NCBI GenBank assembly: GCA_045106135.1
Contig: JBGCEG010000061.1
Span: forward strand, 34,809-98,808
Length of the DNA: 64,000 bases
Direction: 5' to 3'
Source: Roseobacter sp.
GTDB lineage: Bacteria > Pseudomonadota > Alphaproteobacteria > Rhodobacterales > Rhodobacteraceae
Part shown: positions 9,338 through 19,553 of the stretch, in pieces
How the letters are laid out: each line of letters opens with the position of its first letter
How positions within the stretch are numbered: position 1 is the stretch's first letter
Translations under genes and position numbers: made by a program
Notes under the pieces: generated by a model
The model's database searches: none
Seen by the model: only the letters and a program-made list of their open reading frames with translations
What the model was told of the DNA's origin: nothing

Positions 9338-10240
9338 CTACCCGACCGGCTGCGGGGCCGGACGCGGCTGAACCAGATACATACCCAGAAACATCGCAGC
9401 CAGCGCCGCCCAGACGACGGGCGGGTAGGCTTCGTCGAGAATGATCTTTGCCCACAGTATTCCAAAGCCCGTTACCAGATAACTTACCTGCACAGTAAAG
9501 ACCGGACCGGTCCGCCCCACAAGCCAGACATAGCCTGCATAGACAGAAGTGTGCATGAGTGACGCGATTATCAGCGCCTGACCGGCCGTTCCGGTCAGGT
9601 CTGCGGGCGCGATGAACTGCCCGGACTTTACCGCAAGCGGCAGGGCAACCACAAGGCCCAGGGCGGATGCCAGAAACAAGACCTCGATCGCATCCAGCCC
9701 CGAAGTGCCCCATTTCGCCACGATATTACCCTCTGCCGCGTAGCAAAGCCCGGCAATCAACGCCACGCCCATCCAGAACACCGGTGCGCCCAGTGACAGC
9801 GACACCCCCGGCGCAGAGATCATCAAAACGCCCGTAAGCCCAGCGCCAAGGCCCGCCAGACGCCGCCATGAAAACCGGTCAAGCCCCATGGCCAGCGCCA
9901 CGGGAAAGGCAAACATCGGGATCATCGACAGCAAAATCGACAACACCCCCGCAGGCACATGGACGGCTGCCTGATAGGAGGCGGTATTTGGAATGAGCGT
10001 CCCGACCAAAGACACCACGCAGCAAAGGATAAGACCGCCGCGCGACAAAGGCAGCCGCCTGCCGCGCAACAACAAGATACTGCCCATCAGGACTGTCCCG
10101 ATGACAAGCTGCCAGAATATCAGCCCAAAGTGGCCAAACCCGGTGGACACCGCAATTTTCGTCAGAGGAATCGACACGCCCCACCCTGCTCCCAGCAGGA
10201 TCAGGACACCGGTAAAGAAAATGCGTTCTCGTGGCGTCAC
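9338..10240 (-). CDS. DMT/EamA family transporter
   Basis: About 10 hydrophobic segments, WG motif near the N-terminus; start overlaps the upstream gene's stop. Confidence 0.85.
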   Translation of the reverse strand: MTPRERIFFTGVLILLGAGWGVSIPLTKIAVSTGFGHFGLIFWQLVIGTVLMGSILLLRGRRLPLSRGGLILCCVVSLVGTLIPNTASYQAAVHVPAGVLSILLSMIPMFAFPVALAMGLDRFSWRRLAGLGAGLTGVLMISAPGVSLSLGAPVFWMGVALIAGLCYAAEGNIVAKWGTSGLDAIEVLFLASALGLVVALPLAVKSGQFIAPADLTGTAGQALIIASLMHTSVYAGYVWLVGRTGPVFTVQVSYLVTGFGILWAKIILDEAYPPVVWAALAAMFLGMYLVQPRPAPQPVG

Positions 10241-11049
10241 GGCGCGCTTTGCTGAAGCAGGCCGCCCTGCCGGATCATCACGGTCCGCTTGGCACGCCCG
10301 GTCTGATCGTTGGTTTCAACATAAACGCCGCTCAGCGTCGCCTCACCCGTTGCAGGTGTGAACCGGTCTTTTGGCATGCCCGTCAGGAAACGGCGCAAGG
10401 GCTCTGCCTTGTCCATCCCGATCACCGAATTGTAGTCGCCGCACATCCCCGCATCAGTCTGATAGGCGGTGCCGCCGGGTAAAATCATGGTGTCAGATGT
10501 CGGCACATGCGTGTGCGTGCCAACCACGAGGCTGGCGCGCCCGTCGCAGAAATGCCCCATGGCCATCTTTTCCGAGGTTGCTTCGCAGTGAATATCAACC
10601 ACGATCGCGCTGGCCTGCCCACCCAGAGGATGCGTTTTGAGCACCGGCTCGAGCGCAGAGAACGGATCATCGTAAGGGCGTTTCATGAACACCTGCCCCA
10701 AGGCTTGCGCCACCAGAACCTTGCGCCCGTTGCGGGCCGTGATAAGCCGCGCGCCTTTTCCGGGGGCAGCCTTTGAGAAATTCAGCGGGCGAATGATGCG
10801 CGGCTCTGTCTCGATAAAGCGCAACATGTCTTTCTGGTCGAACGCGTGATCGCCCAGCGTCAGACAGTCTGCGCCCGCCTCCAGCAAGTCCTTTGCGTGC
10901 GCCCCGGACAGCCCCATGCCGGATGTCGCATTTTCCGCGTTCACAACAATAAAGTCGAGCCGCCACGCGTCCCGCAGTTTAGGTAATTCATCGGTTATTG
11001 CGCGGCGACCCGCGCGCCCCATAACGTCGCCCAGAAACAGTATTTTCAT
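10237..11049 (-). CDS. YmdB-like metallophosphoesterase (TIGR00282 type)
   Basis: ILFLGDVMG, NAENA, GDH, DIHCEATSEK, GTHTHV motifs; start moved to 11049. Confidence 0.92.
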   Translation of the reverse strand: MKILFLGDVMGRAGRRAITDELPKLRDAWRLDFIVVNAENATSGMGLSGAHAKDLLEAGADCLTLGDHAFDQKDMLRFIETEPRIIRPLNFSKAAPGKGARLITARNGRKVLVAQALGQVFMKRPYDDPFSALEPVLKTHPLGGQASAIVVDIHCEATSEKMAMGHFCDGRASLVVGTHTHVPTSDTMILPGGTAYQTDAGMCGDYNSVIGMDKAEPLRRFLTGMPKDRFTPATGEATLSGVYVETNDQTGRAKRTVMIRQGGLLQQSAP

Positions 11050-11194
11050 GAAATGAGGGGTAGTGCGCCGCCCCTGTCCCGGCAAGGGCTGAGATCAAAT
11101 AATAGCGCGCTGCAACCACCCTTTTTCTTTGCTGACGTAACAAAGCCCAAAGGATGTTGTCTTAAGCCCGGGCCATAAAGCGTTGCGAGGTGCC

Positions 11195-12110
11195 ATGGAC
11201 AAGCTGAACGATTTGATCATCAGCGAAATTTTGGCTGATAGCGCTGCCAACAATGCAACCGACACCGACGGTTGCGGTGACACCAACAAAGCAGACGCAT
11301 ATCTCGAACTGCAGAACACCTCTGGCAAGCCTCTGTCGCTTGAAGGGTCCGAGGTTTGGTCGCAACAAAACGGGAAGCTCTTCGCCTTTGACGATGATGC
11401 GGTGATTGCCCCATTGTTCGCAGCCACAATCATTGGCAACCAGTCCGGCACGGTGCCAGATGGGATTTAAGACGCAGGCCTCAGCGAGTTCGGCGCATAC
11501 AAGGTGTTTAACTACGGGGATCCGCCACGCGATCATGAGGCGCCAGACGATTTTCCAAGCGCCTGGCAAATATGCCATGGCGAGACCCTTGTGAGCAATT
11601 TCCTCAATGGCGTCGCCATCGCACGCAACAGTGATGGCGCGTTTGAACAAGGGAAGCCAACCCCGGCAAAAGTGAGGTTATCTGCTTCACCACGGACACC
11701 ACAATCGCGACATCAAACGGCAACACACCGATGCAATGGCGGCCCCAGGGCGACGCGGTCATCCCTGTTGATCATGGCCCCTAGGCCTTGCGGGCCGTGC
11801 GGCGCATGGCTGGGGCGATTATGGTGGGCAGCCGAACCTGTTTCCCGCAGGCACCCTTGTGCAACAACCGGCCGGTGCGCGTGTCGCCCGCGCACCGTAT
11901 TCTGGTTTGGACGCCTTTGGCCGAAATGCTGGCGGCTGCAAGACGGGCTGAAATAGTCTGACATTGCGCACGGTCGGACCGCACGGCTTGCGCTCAGGAG
12001 TTTCGAAGCCCAGGTGGTCCTGCCGGATATGTTTGGCGCGTCGGCAAGCGCAGATCCCATATACATGAAAATCACAGCACAGGCATAATCGCGCCCGCAA
12101 CAACCTGTCC
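11195..12110 (+). pseudogene. Lamin-tail-like plus Hint_2 domain protein pseudogene
   Basis: IISEIL..YLELQN (LTD-like); in-frame TAA at 11468-11470; frameshift near 11670 into VICFTTDTTIATSNG..GD.V..DHGP; TAG at 11782-11784; then RVSPAHRILV. 3' end approximate. Confidence 0.8.
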
Positions 12111-12114
12111 GGTC

Positions 12115-12678
12115 TCAGGCGCTGGGGTCTATTATTCCGGTTTCGGTAATGATCAGGTCCAAAGGCTGATCCGTCGCTTCCAGCGGCAATGACGCGGCCT
12201 CCTGCTCAGCGTAGGCAAACCCGATCGCCAGCGTTGACCGGGCCTGCCGCAACCCTTCAAGCGTCCGGTCGTAGAACCCGCCCCCATATCCCAGCCTGCC
12301 GCCCTTGGCATCAAAGGCAACCAAGGGCACAATCACGATCTCCGGGTCGAAAAAGTCAGGGTTTGCAGGAATTTGCGCCCCAAACAGCCCAGCGACCATT
12401 ACGCTTTCGGGATGCCACCGGGCAAACTTCAACGGCTGGCCAGCCCCGGTGATGACTGGCACCCCGACGGGTCCGTGCGCTGCGGCCTCCGCCATTGCGG
12501 GCCGGGGGTCAATCTCTGTCCGGATCGGCGTGTAGCCCGCCAAGGGCACACCGCGATACCCGGCAAGCAGGGATGACAAATGGCCTGCCGCGCGGCCTCG
12601 ACCAGCGGCGTGCGCTGCCTTGCGCCGGACAAAGGCGGCCTGCCGCGCCGCGGCCTTCCGCGCCGCCAAATCGGTCAC
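12115..12678 (-). CDS. ygfA: 5-formyltetrahydrofolate cyclo-ligase
   Basis: VPLVAFD..GGRLGYGGGFYDRTL signature. Confidence 0.95.
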   Translation of the reverse strand: MTDLAARKAAARQAAFVRRKAAHAAGRGRAAGHLSSLLAGYRGVPLAGYTPIRTEIDPRPAMAEAAAHGPVGVPVITGAGQPLKFARWHPESVMVAGLFGAQIPANPDFFDPEIVIVPLVAFDAKGGRLGYGGGFYDRTLEGLRQARSTLAIGFAYAEQEAASLPLEATDQPLDLIITETGIIDPSA

Positions 12679-14066
12679 AAAAGCACCACAACCGCCAGCC
12701 CCAAAAAGGCGAAAAAGCCAACGATGTCGGTCACGGTTGTGACAAACGCGCCAGAGGCCAGTGCCGGGTCAACGCCAATGCGTTCCAGCACAACTGGTAT
12801 TACGGTGCCTGCCAGCCCCGCCACCACCAGATTGATCACCATGGCCGCCGCGATCACAAGCCCCAGCGCAGGTAAGCCGAACCAGATCGTGCCGACGATC
12901 CCCATGACGACCGCAAAAATAACCCCGTTTACCAGCCCCACCAGCACCTCACGCCGGATCACGCGCCAGACGTTTGCGCCGGTCAGGTCTTTGGTGGCAA
13001 TGGCGCGCACCGCAACCGTCAGCGATTGCGTGCCTGCGTTGCCACCCATGGACGCCACGATGGGCATCAAAACGGCTAAGGCGACGATCTGCGCCAGCGC
13101 CGCCTCGAACTGGGCGATGACCAGACTGGCCGCAATTGCCGTGACCAGATTGACCGCCAACCACGGCAAGCGCTGCTTTGTGGTGTCGATGACCTTGTCC
13201 GACAAAGACCCCTCGCCCACACCTGCGAGACGCAAGATGTCTTCTTCATGCTCTTCGTCAAGCACGGCCATCGCATCATCGATGGTGATCACGCCGATCA
13301 GCCGCCCTTCGTCATCGACCACCGGCGCAGAAATCAGGTGGTACTGGTTAAACGCGTAGGCCACGTCCGCTTCCATGCGGGTGGCCGGGATGACCTCGAA
13401 TGTCTCTTCCATGAGGTCCGCAAGCGGCACAGACCGTTTCGACCGCATGAGTTTGCCCAGCGTCACATTGCCGACCGGATGAAGGCGCGGATCGACGATA
13501 ACAATATGATAAAACTGATCCGGCAGGTTTTCTTCAGGTGTGGCCCGCAAATGGTCGATGGCCTCGCCCACGCTCCAGTGTTCCGGGGCCATGACAACTT
13601 CACGCTGCATCAGGCGACCGGCAGAATATTCCGGATAGCTGAGCGCCTGTTCAACGGCGGCTCTGTCCACATCCGGCAGCGCGTCCAGAATGGCCTCTTG
13701 CTGCGCGTCTTCCAGATCTTCGACGAGGTCAACCACGTCGTCACTGTCCAACTCGCGCACCGCTTCTTGCAGCACGTGCGGCGCCAGCACCGCAATCACT
13801 TCTTCGCGGATGCTTTCATTGAGTTCCGACAGAATTTCCCCGTCGAACTCGCGACCATAAAGCCGGATTAGCCGGGTTCGGTCAAAGGCGTTTATCTGTT
13901 CCAGAAGGTCCGCGATGTCAGCCGCATGCAGCGGCTCCATCAATTCGGTCAGCTTGGGTTGGTCTTCAATATCAACGGCATAAAGGATAGCCGAAATCGC
14001 TTTTGGCCCCAGCACATAGGCGTCTTCTTCAATCCCTGCCTCGCTTTCTGCGACTTGGTCAGACAT
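12675..14066 (-). CDS. mgtE: Magnesium transporter MgtE
   Basis: N domain, CBS pair, RLPWL, MPIVASMGGNAGTQ, DPALASG motifs; AGGAGG SD before ATG at 14066. Confidence 0.95.
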   Translation of the reverse strand: MSDQVAESEAGIEEDAYVLGPKAISAILYAVDIEDQPKLTELMEPLHAADIADLLEQINAFDRTRLIRLYGREFDGEILSELNESIREEVIAVLAPHVLQEAVRELDSDDVVDLVEDLEDAQQEAILDALPDVDRAAVEQALSYPEYSAGRLMQREVVMAPEHWSVGEAIDHLRATPEENLPDQFYHIVIVDPRLHPVGNVTLGKLMRSKRSVPLADLMEETFEVIPATRMEADVAYAFNQYHLISAPVVDDEGRLIGVITIDDAMAVLDEEHEEDILRLAGVGEGSLSDKVIDTTKQRLPWLAVNLVTAIAASLVIAQFEAALAQIVALAVLMPIVASMGGNAGTQSLTVAVRAIATKDLTGANVWRVIRREVLVGLVNGVIFAVVMGIVGTIWFGLPALGLVIAAAMVINLVVAGLAGTVIPVVLERIGVDPALASGAFVTTVTDIVGFFAFLGLAVVVLL

Positions 14067-14164
14067 CTGCGCCTCCTTTCGGTTGCGCGGACAATAGGCT
14101 TGCCCGCAACGGGACACAATGGGGACGGTTGCCGCGCCGCAGCCTCTGGCCTAACAAGGAAAGT

Positions 14165-15454
14165 ATGACCGAAAAAACGCTCCTTCTGGGCCAGCTGTTT
14201 CTGACCAACGGCGACCCGCTGCAATCGCCCTGGCAGGATGTGTGCCACATCGAAACCGCCGGTGCCCTGCTGCTGGAGGACGGGCGCATCGCGCATGTGG
14301 GCCCCGCCGATGCGATACGGCGCGCGCATCCGCAGGTGCGGGTAATCGATTATGCCGATAAACTGATAACGCCGGGCTTTGTCGACGCGCATGCGCATTA
14401 CCCCCAGACCGCCATGATCGCAAGCTGGGGCAAGCAACTGATCGACTGGTTGAACGACTATACCTTTCCCGAAGAAATCCGGCTGGCAGACCCCGACTAC
14501 GCCACAGAGATTGCCGCGCGCTATCTTGATCTGGTGCTGGATCACGGCACAACGACCGTCTGCTCGTATTGCACGGTCCACCCGCATAGCGTTGACGCGT
14601 TTTTTGACGCGGCCGCCGCGCGCGGCATGGCGGTGCTGGCGGGCAAGACCTGCATGGACCGAAACGCGCCGCCCGCGCTTTGCGACACGGCGCAATCCGC
14701 GTATGACGACAGCGCGGCGTTGCTTGCGCGCTGGCACAACACGGGGCGCGCGAAATACGTGATCACGCCGCGCTTTTCGCCCACATCGACCCCCGAACAA
14801 CTGGCGGCACTGGGCGCGCTTTGGGCGGCGCACCCGGACTGCCTGATGCAAACGCATCTGTCCGAGCAGAAACCCGAAATCGAATGGGTTCGCACCCTGT
14901 ATCCGACGGCCCGCGACTACCTCGACACCTATGAAGCGCACGGGCTTTTGGGCGCACGCGCGCTGTTCGGTCATGCCATCTATCTGGAACCGCGCGAGAT
15001 TGACCGGCTGTCTGAGATCGGGGCCGCCGTTGTGCATTGCCCCACGTCCAACACGTTCATCGGGTCAGGGCTGATGGATGTTTTCGGCCTTGCGGCGCGC
15101 GGTATCAAAGTAGGTCTTGCAACGGATACGGGCGGCGGGTCCTCGTTCTCAATGCTGCGGACCATGGCTGCAGCCTACGAGATTGCGCAATTGCGCGGAC
15201 AGGCGCTGCATCCTGCGCAACTGCTCTGGCTGGCCACGGCAGGCTCCGCGCGCAGTCTGCACCTGGAGCACGAACTGGGCCGCCTTGCAGCAGGTCAGGC
15301 GGCAGACCTGTGTGTGCTTGATCTTGCGTCAACACCGGCGATCGCACAGCGGGTGGCTGTGGCCGATGACCCTTGGGAAGCCGTCTTTCCAACGATCATG
15401 ATGGGTGATGACCGTGCCATCAAGGATGTCTGGATCGCAGGACGCCAGCGTTAA
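14165..15454 (+). CDS. guaD: Guanine deaminase
   Basis: PGFVDAHAHYPQ, TPRF, QTHLSE, HCPTSN, TDTGGG motifs; AAGGA SD. Confidence 0.92.
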   Translation: MTEKTLLLGQLFLTNGDPLQSPWQDVCHIETAGALLLEDGRIAHVGPADAIRRAHPQVRVIDYADKLITPGFVDAHAHYPQTAMIASWGKQLIDWLNDYTFPEEIRLADPDYATEIAARYLDLVLDHGTTTVCSYCTVHPHSVDAFFDAAAARGMAVLAGKTCMDRNAPPALCDTAQSAYDDSAALLARWHNTGRAKYVITPRFSPTSTPEQLAALGALWAAHPDCLMQTHLSEQKPEIEWVRTLYPTARDYLDTYEAHGLLGARALFGHAIYLEPREIDRLSEIGAAVVHCPTSNTFIGSGLMDVFGLAARGIKVGLATDTGGGSSFSMLRTMAAAYEIAQLRGQALHPAQLLWLATAGSARSLHLEHELGRLAAGQAADLCVLDLASTPAIAQRVAVADDPWEAVFPTIMMGDDRAIKDVWIAGRQR

Positions 15455-16794
15455 CCGGCGGCAAGGGCGCGGGCGAGCCTGTTCTGATGCGCCACGATGG
15501 TGGCCACATCAACCGTCTGCACCTGTCCGTCGCGCACGATCTGGCGACCCTCCACAAAAAGATCACGCACAGCCGTTGGCCCTGCCAGCAACAAAGCTGC
15601 CGGATCCCAGCTGCCTGCCGCATCAAGGCAGGACATATCCCAGACGGCAATGTCGGCGCGCGCACCAACGCTCAGACGCCCACAATCGGGACGGCCCAGA
15701 ATATCCGCGCCACCCCGGGTCGCGATCCAGAGCGCTTCGCGGGCGCTCATGGCGTCGGCCCCGTTTGCCACCCGTTGCAGCAGCATCGCCTGACGGGCTT
15801 CGCGCACAAGGTTGCCCGCATCGTTGCTGGCGGACCCGTCCACCCCCAACCCAACAGGCACACCAGCGTCGCGCAGCGCCCGCACGGGCGCGATCCCGCT
15901 GCCCAATCTGCAATTCGAGCAGGGGCAATGGGCAACACCAGTTTGCGTCCGCGCAAAAAGCGCAATTTCATCCGGCTGCAGCTTCACACAATGGGCATGC
16001 CACACATCCGGCCCGACCCATTCAAGGTTTTCAGCATATTGGCCCGGGCGGCACCCATATTTTTCCAGACTGTAGGCCACGTCCTCATCGTTTTCGGCCA
16101 GATGGGTGTGCATCATCACGCCCTTGTCCCGCGCAAGCCGTGCGGCATCCCGCATCAGATCATCGCTCACAGAAAATGGCGAACAGGGGGCCACGCCCAC
16201 GCGGCACATCGACCCCGGGTTGCTGTCGTGGAAGCGGTCAATGACGCGTATGCAATCGGTGAGGATGTCTTCCTCCCGTTCGACCAGCGTGTCGGGTGGC
16301 AACCCACCCCGAGACGCGCCGATGCTCATCGCCCCCCGCGTCGGATGAAACCGCAGGCCGATGGTTTCCGCCGCAGCGATCGTATCCTCAAGACGAGACC
16401 CGTTTGGAAACAGGTAAAGGTGGTCGCTGGTCAGTGTGCAGCCGGACAAGGCCAGTTCCGCCAATCCAACCTGCGCTGAGACGAACATATGCTCTGGCGT
16501 AAACCGCGCCCAGATCGGATAGAGCGTTTTCAACCACCCAAAGAGCAACGCGTCCTGCCCCCCCGGCACCGCACGCGTCAATGTCTGATATAAATGGTGG
16601 TGTGTGTTCACCAAGCCGGGCGTAACAAGGCATCCGCTGGCATCAATCACCTCAGTGTCCGCGTCCGCCGCAAGTGCGTGACCAATTTCGGATACAACGC
16701 CCGCGTTTATCCGTAAATCGCTGTCATGCAGTTCGCGCATCCCGTCATCCATGGTCAGAATGCATAGGGCGTTGCGCAAAAGAAGGCTGCTCAC
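15451..16794 (-). CDS. 8-oxoguanine deaminase-like amidohydrolase
   Basis: PGLVNTHHHLYQ, PCSPFS, HTHLAE, VDGSASND motifs. Confidence 0.85.
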   Translation of the reverse strand: MSSLLLRNALCILTMDDGMRELHDSDLRINAGVVSEIGHALAADADTEVIDASGCLVTPGLVNTHHHLYQTLTRAVPGGQDALLFGWLKTLYPIWARFTPEHMFVSAQVGLAELALSGCTLTSDHLYLFPNGSRLEDTIAAAETIGLRFHPTRGAMSIGASRGGLPPDTLVEREEDILTDCIRVIDRFHDSNPGSMCRVGVAPCSPFSVSDDLMRDAARLARDKGVMMHTHLAENDEDVAYSLEKYGCRPGQYAENLEWVGPDVWHAHCVKLQPDEIALFARTQTGVAHCPCSNCRLGSGIAPVRALRDAGVPVGLGVDGSASNDAGNLVREARQAMLLQRVANGADAMSAREALWIATRGGADILGRPDCGRLSVGARADIAVWDMSCLDAAGSWDPAALLLAGPTAVRDLFVEGRQIVRDGQVQTVDVATIVAHQNRLARALAAG

Positions 16795-17606
16795 GTCGGC
16801 ATCCCAGCCAGAACGGAAAGGGCTTCGGCGTGGATTTCCGTGTTTGCCGCCGCCAAGGCGCGGCCGCCATTGTATGCGGGCCCGCCGGTCCAGTCCGTCA
16901 CAATACCGCCGGCCGCCTGGATCACGGCAATAGGAGCCTGAATGTCGTAAGGTTGCAGCCCTGCTTCAATGACCAGATCAATCTGACCTGACGCCAGTAG
17001 CGCGTAGGCGTAGCAATCCATCCCATAGCGTGTCAGCCTCGCTTGCTGGCTCACCGCCTGGAAAGCAACACCCTCTGATTCTGTGCCAACCTCGGGGAAT
17101 GTCGTGAATACCGTGGCCTCGCTCAAGGGGCGCGGGGCGCGGCTTTTAAGAGGGCGCTGACCCAAAGGCCCATGCGATCGTGCAATCCCGGGACCGCCCA
17201 CAAAACGTTCGCCGATGTAGGGCTGGTCAATCAGCCCAAAGAATGGACCGCCGCGATCCGACACGGCGATCAAGACACCCCATGTTGGCGTGCCGCTGAT
17301 GAACCCACGCGTGCCATCAATAGGGTCGAGCACCCACGTCAGGCCTGATGTTCCGGCTTTTGGGCCAAACTCTTCGCCCAAAATTGCATCATCCGGTCGG
17401 AGTTGCGCCAGCAGGGCGCGCATCTGTTGCTCGGCAGAGCGGTCCGCGATGGTGACGGGATCAAACCCCGCACGGTCCTTGTTTTCCGTCTGTGTTGCCG
17501 ACGCCCGGAAATGGGGCAGGATCGCGTTTCTGGCAGAGTCTGCCAGTTTCTGAGCCACAGCGTCGATTTCCTCGACAGTATCTTTGTCGTATGTGCGTCC
17601 TGTCAT
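16791..17606 (-). CDS. hisN: Inositol monophosphatase family, probable histidinol-phosphatase
   Basis: DPVTIADR, GEE, WVLDPIDGT, LQPYDIQA motifs. Confidence 0.75.
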   Translation of the reverse strand: MTGRTYDKDTVEEIDAVAQKLADSARNAILPHFRASATQTENKDRAGFDPVTIADRSAEQQMRALLAQLRPDDAILGEEFGPKAGTSGLTWVLDPIDGTRGFISGTPTWGVLIAVSDRGGPFFGLIDQPYIGERFVGGPGIARSHGPLGQRPLKSRAPRPLSEATVFTTFPEVGTESEGVAFQAVSQQARLTRYGMDCYAYALLASGQIDLVIEAGLQPYDIQAPIAVIQAAGGIVTDWTGGPAYNGGRALAAANTEIHAEALSVLAGMPT

Positions 17607-17663
17607 GCCAGACGTGGTGCCAGTTTATGCACCCTACCACAAGCTGCGATGTCGCGTTTGGTC

Positions 17664-18032
17664 TTAGGCGACGTCGCTCAGAACGCGGGCCAGCTCAAAA
17701 AGACGGCGGCGCTGGTTTTCAGGGATGGCATAGTAGGAGCGCACAAGATCCATCGCTTCTTTGTCGCTCAGCATGTCCATCGGCGCGGCCGCAGCTGCCC
17801 CGTCCACATCGTCCTGTTTCAATCCGTCGAAAAAGAACGCGACATCGACTTCGAGTGCATCGGCAATGTCCCAGAGCCGCGACGCGCTCACACGGTTTGT
17901 TCCGGTCTCATATTTCTGGATTTGTTGGAATTTGATGCCAACGGCCTCCGCCAGCTTTTGCTGCGTCATGCCAACCAACCAGCGTCTTTGGCGAATTTTC
18001 TTACCGACGTGAACGTCCACAATGTGAGCCAT
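17664..18032 (-). CDS. XRE-family HTH transcriptional regulator
   Basis: VDVHVGKKIR..GMTQQKLA..FQQIQKYETGTNRVSASRL. Confidence 0.92.
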   Translation of the reverse strand: MAHIVDVHVGKKIRQRRWLVGMTQQKLAEAVGIKFQQIQKYETGTNRVSASRLWDIADALEVDVAFFFDGLKQDDVDGAAAAAPMDMLSDKEAMDLVRSYYAIPENQRRRLFELARVLSDVA

Positions 18033-18537
18033 GTTCTTTTCCTTGTTTCTGCCCGTACAGCCGTTGTTTTGTTATTCCCGCTTCACAGAACTGCAGTATT
18101 CTTCCGCGACCCGCTGACCGTTTACGCCTTAAAGTTTAGCCGAAACGCCCTCTCTTTCAACCGATAACAACCCTTCAGACCAACGGGACTTCGCCCAAAA
18201 TCCAACTTTGATTTGTCATTTACAAAGCAACAAACTTGCCCGTCAGCCTCAAGAAAACGAACCAAATTTCTCAATTTTGAGAAAAACCGTCCGAAAAATA
18301 AACGATTAGCAAAACCGAGATCTGCTTTCGCGTTCTGACGGGGCTACATGCCCCTCCGTACACCCTGAGGTTTAAACCGCGAAAGTTGCCGTTGCGTTAA
18401 GAGAGAGCCGGCAAAAAATATAATTCTACTCAGAATTGAATACCTTGACGGGATCAAGCTGTGAATCTCGTTAAGATTACATCCTCACAGGGACACCCGG
18501 CCGCTTTTCACATCGGGGGAATCACCAGCCACAAACC

Positions 18538-19413
18538 CTACACCGCCTTCAGCCGATGGGTTTCAGCGCTTGAAAAGGTGCGTCGCAACAGATCGACCAT
18601 CGCTTCTTCTACAACCGTTCCTTGTTCTTTGAACCGATACAGGTTCACCAACTGATCCGGCAGGTCGGGCAATGCGCCTGCGTGATCGATTGCGACCAGA
18701 TGTGGTGGTTCTGTGCCTTCAATCATCGTATGAACCGCTAGATCTGCGCTGACAGTCGCTTCTATTGTGCGGTCGCTTTCCGTCTCGACGACGACTTCCC
18801 ATGGGATTTTTGCGGCATCCAACGCTTCCACGACCCTAGGGCGAAAACTGCAGAGCCTGCCGAACGCAAGCTTGAGCGGAGACTGCCGCCACGCGTGCCC
18901 CTCGGGCGCTCCGACCCAGCGCAACGGTTTACGGCACAGCGTTTCTGCGCGCGGCTCTTCGATTGTTTCGGTGGTCAGGATCAGATCACATTCACCGCGC
19001 GAGAACATTTCCTTCAACCCATGCGTGTATAGCGACACCAGCTGAACTTTGACTCTCGGGAACGCCGCGTGAAACTGTTTCAGCACCAGCGGAATGGCAG
19101 GGTAAACAATGTCATGCGGTACGCCTAGCACGATCTCGCCTTCATAGGCGTGATCTGTGAGGCGGTCGATCACCTCATCATTCAGGACCACCATGCGCCG
19201 GGCATAGACCAACAGCTGCTCTCCCGAGGCGGTCAGCGCGATCCCCCTGCCCGATCGGTCGAACAATTTGACGCCAAGCAGCTCTTCTAACCGCTTGAGC
19301 TGCATCGACACGGCAGACTGCGTGAGATGCAGGTAGCCCGCCGCGCGCGTCACACCGCCCGCATCTGCCACCGCAACAAAAGAGCGGAGCGTTGTGACAT
19401 CCAAATTCCTCAC
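18538..19413 (-). CDS. LysR-family transcriptional regulator
   Basis: LRSFVAV..TRAA..LHLTQSAVSMQLKRLE HTH; GTG start at 19413. Confidence 0.93.
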   Translation of the reverse strand: MRNLDVTTLRSFVAVADAGGVTRAAGYLHLTQSAVSMQLKRLEELLGVKLFDRSGRGIALTASGEQLLVYARRMVVLNDEVIDRLTDHAYEGEIVLGVPHDIVYPAIPLVLKQFHAAFPRVKVQLVSLYTHGLKEMFSRGECDLILTTETIEEPRAETLCRKPLRWVGAPEGHAWRQSPLKLAFGRLCSFRPRVVEALDAAKIPWEVVVETESDRTIEATVSADLAVHTMIEGTEPPHLVAIDHAGALPDLPDQLVNLYRFKEQGTVVEEAMVDLLRRTFSSAETHRLKAV

Positions 19414-19428
19414 ATCACATTCCTTGAT
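19414..19428. promoter_or_regulatory. Putative LysR box between the LysR gene and the divergent DUF1127 gene
   Basis: ATCA-N7-TGAT dyad (T-N11-A) directly next to the LysR start codon. Confidence 0.55.
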
Positions 19429-19553
19429 TATTAACCCAACAAACATTCGTTTTTAAAATGTATCATCACAGGACATATACATCAACAGAAACGATGCGCG
19501 CAGTCATTCGCATCACAAAACCAGATAACCCACGTCGAAGACAGGAGACCATC

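Noticed and set aside
12660-12700. 6S RNA (ssrS), often found upstream of ygfA
   Set aside because: The mgtE stop overlaps the ygfA start (GTGA), so there is no room
14067-14164. Mg2+ or purine riboswitch between divergent mgtE and guaD
   Set aside because: Only 98 bp shared by two promoters, and no aptamer consensus recognised
18176-18220. 14-codon minus-strand ORF (MTNQSWILGEVPLV) upstream of the XRE gene
   Set aside because: No SD or compositional signal; expected by chance
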